From: a virus
Lineage: Duplodnaviria > Caudoviricetes
Direction: 5' to 3' (one strand)
IMG/VR virus record: IMGVR_UViG_3300017649_000008
Coordinates: 1 to 40,545 of that record
DNA length: 40,545 bases
This document shows, one piece after another, positions 36,387-40,545 of this stretch (positions within the stretch are counted from its first letter, which is position 1; each line of letters begins with the position of its first letter). The notes beneath the pieces were generated by a model, which was not told the DNA's origin, ran no database searches, and saw nothing but the letters and a program-made list of their open reading frames with translations. Position numbers and translations under genes: made by a program.

Positions 36387-37243
36387 TGGCGGAGTGGGCA
36401 TGGCGGGACGGGCAGCGGCTCACCCCGGCGATGGCCGCGGACTTCGACGCGCTGAACACGGAGTTCCACCGCATCACCGGGTGCTGGCTGCGGGTGAGCT
36501 CCGGGCTGCGCACCGACCAGGAGCAGATCGACATCTTCCTGTCCCGGTACGTGCCGTCCTGGCAGGTGAACGGCCGCCGCGTCTACGACTACCGGTGGTG
36601 GAACGGCGTCCTGTACGCCCGCATCTCATCCGCGGGGACCGTCGCCGCCCCCGGCACCTCGAACCACCAGATCAACATGGCCGCCGGCCGGTACGGGGCG
36701 CTGGACGTCTACGACACCGGATCCGACGCGGGCGTGCTCACCCGCGGCTCGTGGCGGGCGAACGTGTTCGACCAGATCGCGTGGCGCTACGGCTACGACT
36801 CCGAGGGTTACGCCTTCGGGGAGAACTGGCACAAGCGCTACAACCGCAACCCCTGGCGCCCGATCGCCGCTCCCGCCGGCGATGAGAAGCCCGCGCCCGC
36901 ACCTGAACCCGAACCGGAACCGGAAGACGAGGACGACGACATGTGGAAGCCGACCGTGCACGTACGCACCGAGGGGCCGTTCGAGGCGACCCTAGCCCAC
37001 CCCGAGTTCGGACTGGACCTCGACCAGCACACCGGCCCCGGCACCGGCGGGAAGCGCCTCACCGGCGACGGCAAGGCGACCGTGTACCGCGGGTTCATGG
37101 TCACCGCCGACAAGGCCCTCGCGACCGCCTGGGCGCGCATGTACACCAAGGGCAGCGGCCTGGAGACCTCCCGCACCGACCGGGCCGGGTACATCGCAAT
37201 CCAGGTTGAGGCATCGAGGGTCTCGGCCGAGATCGCGTCGTGA
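36386..37243 (+). CDS. Endolysin, peptidase M15 (VanY / L-Ala-D-Glu type)
   Basis: Start re-called at MAEWAWRDG; SSGLRT..EQ, APGTSNH..ALD and ENWH; PEPEPEPE linker. Confidence 0.85.
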   Translation: MAEWAWRDGQRLTPAMAADFDALNTEFHRITGCWLRVSSGLRTDQEQIDIFLSRYVPSWQVNGRRVYDYRWWNGVLYARISSAGTVAAPGTSNHQINMAAGRYGALDVYDTGSDAGVLTRGSWRANVFDQIAWRYGYDSEGYAFGENWHKRYNRNPWRPIAAPAGDEKPAPAPEPEPEPEDEDDDMWKPTVHVRTEGPFEATLAHPEFGLDLDQHTGPGTGGKRLTGDGKATVYRGFMVTADKALATAWARMYTKGSGLETSRTDRAGYIAIQVEASRVSAEIAS

Positions 37244-37599
37244 TCCTCGGGATGCCGCTCGAGCTGATCCTCGGCCTCCTCGGCCTCGGGGGAGTCGTGC
37301 TCACGACCACCGGCGTCATCATCGGCACGATCGTCTCCGCTCGCGCGCAGAAGCGAGCGGCGAAGGTGCAGGCCGCCGCGAATACGAACGTCGCCGAGAA
37401 CAAGCTAATCGACCAGCTGCAGGAAGAACTCGCCCGATACCGGGACGACAACGACCGGCGCGTGGCGCGGCTCGAGGTCGAAGTCCAGCAGCTCACCGAG
37501 GAGAACCGGGGGTACCGGGCGTTCATCGGCGTGCAGCGGGACCACATGGCCGCGCACGGTATCCCGCTCCCACCCTGGCCGGAAGGCCTTCCCCGCTGA
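37240..37599 (+). CDS. Lysis-cassette membrane protein (1 TM + coiled coil)
   Basis: N-terminal TM then coiled coil; follows the lysin. Confidence 0.65.
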   Translation: MILGMPLELILGLLGLGGVVLTTTGVIIGTIVSARAQKRAAKVQAAANTNVAENKLIDQLQEELARYRDDNDRRVARLEVEVQQLTEENRGYRAFIGVQRDHMAAHGIPLPPWPEGLPR

Positions 37600-37620
37600 A
37601 CAGACCTTGAGGAGGTCACC

Positions 37621-38025
37621 ATGAAGAAGGCTCTGCTCGGGTGGTTCTCACCCGAACGGCGCGTCGCGCTGTACGCGGTCGCGCTCGTCGTCCTGCCCGC
37701 CCTGGCCCGATTCGGGCTCATCCAGGAGTCCGCGGTCGAACCGTGGCTCATCGTCGTGCAGCTCGGCCTGCAGGTCCTCGCGGGCGTGCTGATGCTGACG
37801 AACCTGTCCTTCCAGGACGCGGCGACCTGGTTCGCGCGGGGCGGCCGCGCCGCGATCTACTCCGCCGGCGCGTTCCTCGCCCCTGCGCTCACCGCGCTCG
37901 GGCTGCTCACCAGCGAGCAGGCCGAGCAGTGGCTGCAGGGCCTCGCCGACATCCTGTCGATCGCGGCCGCTCTCGTCGCGGCGCTGTACATCAGCCCGAC
38001 GAAGACGCCGCAGCAGGGCGTCTAG
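37621..38025 (+). CDS. Holin (about 4 TM)
   Basis: Hydrophobic; internally duplicated R.A(L/I)Y motif; GAGGAGG RBS. Confidence 0.7.
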   Translation: MKKALLGWFSPERRVALYAVALVVLPALARFGLIQESAVEPWLIVVQLGLQVLAGVLMLTNLSFQDAATWFARGGRAAIYSAGAFLAPALTALGLLTSEQAEQWLQGLADILSIAAALVAALYISPTKTPQQGV

Positions 38026-38207
38026 TCCTGCCCCATCCGGGACGCCTTGATCGCCCCGTGCACGGTCATGCCGAGCACGGCGGCGATCTCCGGCCAGGTG
38101 TGCCCCGCCGCGCGCGCCTCGCGGATGAGGCGCGCGCGGTCGGCGTAGAGCTCGCTGACGGCGCGGTCGAGGTCGGCGTGCGCGCGGGCCAGGTCGTCGA
38201 GGCTCAT
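38022..38207 (-). CDS. Small HTH regulator (61 aa)
   Basis: MSLDDLARA...ARAAGHTWPEIAAVLGMTVHGAIKASR; resembles 14972-15148. Confidence 0.75.
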   Translation of the reverse strand: MSLDDLARAHADLDRAVSELYADRARLIREARAAGHTWPEIAAVLGMTVHGAIKASRMGQD

Positions 38208-38216
38208 GTGGACGAG

Positions 38217-38283
38217 TGTAACTGATAGTTGTTGCATGTAACTAGGAGTTGTGTAACCATGAGTTGCACAACCCGCAGTTACA
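38217..38283. promoter_or_regulatory. Four tandem AAC-N5-GTT operator-like palindromes (consensus TGTAAC-N5-GTTRCA)
   Basis: 38217-33, 38237-53, 38252-68 and 38267-83 in an AT-rich divergent spacer. Confidence 0.75.
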
Positions 38284-38306
38284 TACCCCGACCGAAGGAC
38301 CCCACC

Positions 38307-38984
38307 ATGAAGATCCGCCCGCTGACCGTCGCCGCAGTCCTCGTCGCCGCGACGATCGCATTCGCCCCGGCCGCAGCGCACGCCGACACGATCGAGCCGC
38401 CCGACGTCGTCGCCCAGATCCCCGTCGACGAGACCCCGGCGGAGGAGTCTCCGGCAGACGAGCCTCTCGACGAGACGCCCGTCGACGAGTCGCCGACGGA
38501 GGAGCCCCCCGCGGAGGAGGAGCCCGTCGACCCGCCCGCGCCCGACCCGATCCGCGTCGAGACCGCCCCGCCCGCGCCGACGTTCACCGACCCGTGCGGC
38601 CGGGACAACGTGCAGGTGACGCTCCCCGCCGACGCCGGCCCGTGGCTCTACTACATCCACCGCGACCCCGTCGGCGGCACCGGGTACGTCGGCGCGTACC
38701 TCCCCGAGGGGTACGTGATCGGCGACACCGGCTACCGGTACTGGTGGCCCGTATTCGAGTTCCGCGACTCGCAGCTGCCCTGCCCTCCCGACGAGGTCCC
38801 GCCGCCCGTCGTCGACGTCGAGCCTGTGGAGCCGATCGCCCCGGCCGTGCCGGTGTCCGCGCCGATGCTCGCCGAGACCGGCCCCGGCGACATGACCGGC
38901 ATCGCCGCTCTCGCGGGTCTCGGCGCGCTCGTCATCGGGCTGGGACTGTTCTTCCTGAACCACCGGGCACGCCGAGCACGCTGA
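38307..38984 (+). CDS. Secreted, sortase-anchored surface protein (LAETG)
   Basis: Signal peptide ending AHA/D, Pro/Glu-rich stalk, LAETG + TM + RARRAR tail. Confidence 0.8.
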   Translation: MKIRPLTVAAVLVAATIAFAPAAAHADTIEPPDVVAQIPVDETPAEESPADEPLDETPVDESPTEEPPAEEEPVDPPAPDPIRVETAPPAPTFTDPCGRDNVQVTLPADAGPWLYYIHRDPVGGTGYVGAYLPEGYVIGDTGYRYWWPVFEFRDSQLPCPPDEVPPPVVDVEPVEPIAPAVPVSAPMLAETGPGDMTGIAALAGLGALVIGLGLFFLNHRARRAR

Positions 38985-38988
38985 TGCC

Positions 38989-39093
38989 ATGCGCCGCGGA
39001 GTGCCGGCGCCGGTCCTCTGGTTCCTCGGCCTCGCGGACCTCGACCTCGCGCTGCTCGACTACCTGATTCTGATGCTGGTGCTCCGCACCTGA
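38989..39093 (+). CDS. Possible hydrophobic peptide (34 aa)
   Basis: MRRGVPAPVLWFLGLADLDLALLDYLILMLVLRT; ends just before a terminator. Confidence 0.3.
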   Translation: MRRGVPAPVLWFLGLADLDLALLDYLILMLVLRT

Positions 39094-39094
39094 C

Positions 39095-39142
39095 GACGCC
39101 CCGCGCGTCCCCCGCTTCGGCTGGGGACGCGCGGGGCGTTTC
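39095..39142 (+). terminator. Intrinsic terminator
   Basis: ACGCCCCGCGCGTCCCC...GGGGACGCGCGGGGCGT followed by TTC. Confidence 0.7.
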
Positions 39143-39269
39143 GTCGTGCCAGCCCCGGCCTCGGTTTAGGGGCGTATCCTGATGGTCCTCGCACAGACGC
39201 GAGACGGCCCCGCCGCTGTTGGCGCAGCAGACGGGGCCTGCCGAACCCCTGAGCTAGCAGGAGCCGACA

Positions 39270-39548
39270 ATGCACAGTACCGCTGTACCCACCCGCCTGA
39301 CCACGCACCCCGCCGTGACGGCCTTCCTCGCCCGCTACCGCGGCGACTCCCGGAAGACGTACACCGCCGCGATGACCCGCTACCTCACCTGGTGCGAGGA
39401 GCACGGCGTGGATCCGCTCGCCGCGACGCGCGCCGCAGACCCGCGCATGGCCGAGCGGTACGACCGGAACCGGCACAACCTCGACCGCCACGCCGTCTAC
39501 AAGCTCGGCGCCCACCTGTCCGGCATCGCTGACCGGATCGCCGCCTAG
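39270..39548 (+). pseudogene. Internally deleted tyrosine recombinase (N-terminal core-binding start fused to the C-terminal tail)
   Basis: FLARY..SRKTY...YLTWCEEHGVDPL joined directly to ADPRMAERYDRNRHNLDRHAVY; AGGAG RBS. Confidence 0.65.
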
Positions 39549-39555
39549 CGAGCGA

Positions 39556-39590
39556 GAACCCCGCGCCCGGTCCGGGCGCGGGGTTTCTTG
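39556..39590. terminator. Bidirectional terminator between convergent genes
   Basis: AACCCCGCGCCCGG-T-CCGGGCGCGGGGTT followed by TCTT. Confidence 0.7.
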
Positions 39591-39595
39591 TCGTC

Positions 39596-39868
39596 TCAGC
39601 GGGCGGCGCGGATGATCAACGACGCCACGAGCATCACAATCCCGACGGCGATCAACGCGACACCCACCCACACCCACAGCTGCGCCTGGGCGACACCATC
39701 AGCTCCGACCGGGAACCCCGCGAGAGCGGTCGCATACTGCTGGACCCGCTCGGCGCGCTGCACCGAATACGCGCCGAGCGCGCATGTGATTGCCCCGACA
39801 GCGACCGCAACGGCCCCGATCACGACCAGCGCCATGAACGCGGGATTCTTTGCCTGCTCATTCCCCAT
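39596..39868 (-). CDS. Two-TM membrane protein (accessory)
   Basis: Two hydrophobic helices; ends at the terminator. Confidence 0.6.
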   Translation of the reverse strand: MGNEQAKNPAFMALVVIGAVAVAVGAITCALGAYSVQRAERVQQYATALAGFPVGADGVAQAQLWVWVGVALIAVGIVMLVASLIIRAAR

Positions 39869-40092
39869 GCCCGCGAGCATATCGATCAGCTTCCTCGTGC
39901 GTCGATCCGCGCGATCTCCGCGAACGTTGCTCCCGTCTCGATCACCAGCACGGCCAGTTCGGACAACGAGACTCCCGCCTGTTCACGGTGCCCGTGCGGC
40001 ACCTCCGGGTTGATGGCGATCTGCACTTTCCAGCGGTCCAGCTCCTCTATCGCGTCTCGGGTACCGAATATCGGATGACGCTCACCACGGAT

Positions 40093-40112
40093 CGTAGTTC
40101 ATATGAACTACG
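40093..40112. promoter_or_regulatory. Perfect 20-bp palindrome CGTAGTTCATATGAACTACG (operator candidate)
   Basis: Upstream of the XRE gene at 40160. Confidence 0.6.
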
Positions 40113-40159
40113 CAGAGCGTCGGGCTACCCCCGGGAGTGGGTGCCGATAGCTTCGCCTC

Positions 40160-40405
40160 GTGACGCGGACTCCGACCGGCCCTCTCTCCGGGGCCATCGC
40201 CGAACAGCTCCGCGCCGCGTTCCACGAGTCCGGGCGCCGGCAGAGCGATGTCGGCGAGGCGGCCGGGGTGTCGCAGTCGCAGCTGTCGAAGATCCTCCGC
40301 GGTGTTCGGGTGCCCGACGTCGACACGCTCGACGCGATCTGCGCCGCTCTGCAGCTCGACGTCGTCGAGGTCGTGGCCGCCGCCGCCCGCAAGATCCGCG
40401 GCTGA
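40160..40405 (+). CDS. XRE family HTH regulator at the prophage right end
   Basis: RQSDVGEAAGVSQSQLSKILRG..PDVDTLDAICAAL. Confidence 0.85.
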   Translation: MTRTPTGPLSGAIAEQLRAAFHESGRRQSDVGEAAGVSQSQLSKILRGVRVPDVDTLDAICAALQLDVVEVVAAAARKIRG

Positions 40406-40406
40406 T

Positions 40407-40435
40407 GAGTTCGTCCGTCGTGTTCGGTTGATCAC
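40407..40435. other. Right attachment junction (attP arm + core TGATCAC 40429-40435)
   Basis: The pilin reading frame turns into unrelated sequence right after VI; arm is complementary to the left arm. Confidence 0.85.
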
Positions 40436-40545
40436 GACCAGGAGACCGGCGAACGCGACGGCGGCCATCGTGGCGATCGCGTATTCCGCGGTGGCGGCGC
40501 CGGTGTCGTCGGGCTGCCGTGGGAGGAACAGTCGCTCGGCGCGGC
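40429..40545 (-). pseudogene. 5' half of host Flp/DUF4244-type pilin gene
   Basis: ...PDDTG/AATAEYAIATMAAVAFAGLLVVI, with the Flp G-x4-EY prepilin motif. Confidence 0.8.

Larger units (their letters stand above)
117..40435. mobile_element. Complete temperate siphovirus-type prophage (~40.3 kb) integrated by a serine integrase
   Basis: Full integrase-immunity-replication-head-tail-lysis gene set; TGATCAC core at both ends; host gene restored on in-silico excision. Confidence 0.95.

Overview
The window is almost exactly one complete, apparently intact ~40.3 kb temperate siphovirus-type prophage in a very high-GC actinobacterial host; Microbacterium-like is an inference from GC content and gene types. 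It is bounded by a 7-bp TGATCAC core at 117-123 and 40429-40435 and splits a host Flp/DUF4244-type pilin gene of a tad locus. Gene order: serine integrase, ImmA-type protease, repressor/Cro switch, early recombination and replication genes (YqaJ exonuclease, Rad52-like annealase, WhiB, HNHs, replication initiator, ASCH, DNA methyltransferase), packaging, head, tail, lysis and a right-end accessory region. The most unusual element is a 273-aa intein in the minor capsid gene. It has no recognisable in-frame endonuclease, but the opposite strand inside it encodes a 244-aa HTH plus Vsr/DUF559-like endonuclease with its own extended -10 promoter and RBS. Also notable: two related 'tiny HTH repressor + TAAC-N4/5-GTT operators + divergent cargo' cassettes, a ~350-nt highly pairable intergenic region, a methyltransferase flanked by 28-bp direct repeats, and an internally deleted tyrosine recombinase. 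All product calls come from motif recognition by eye; no database searches were run, so novelty is unverified.
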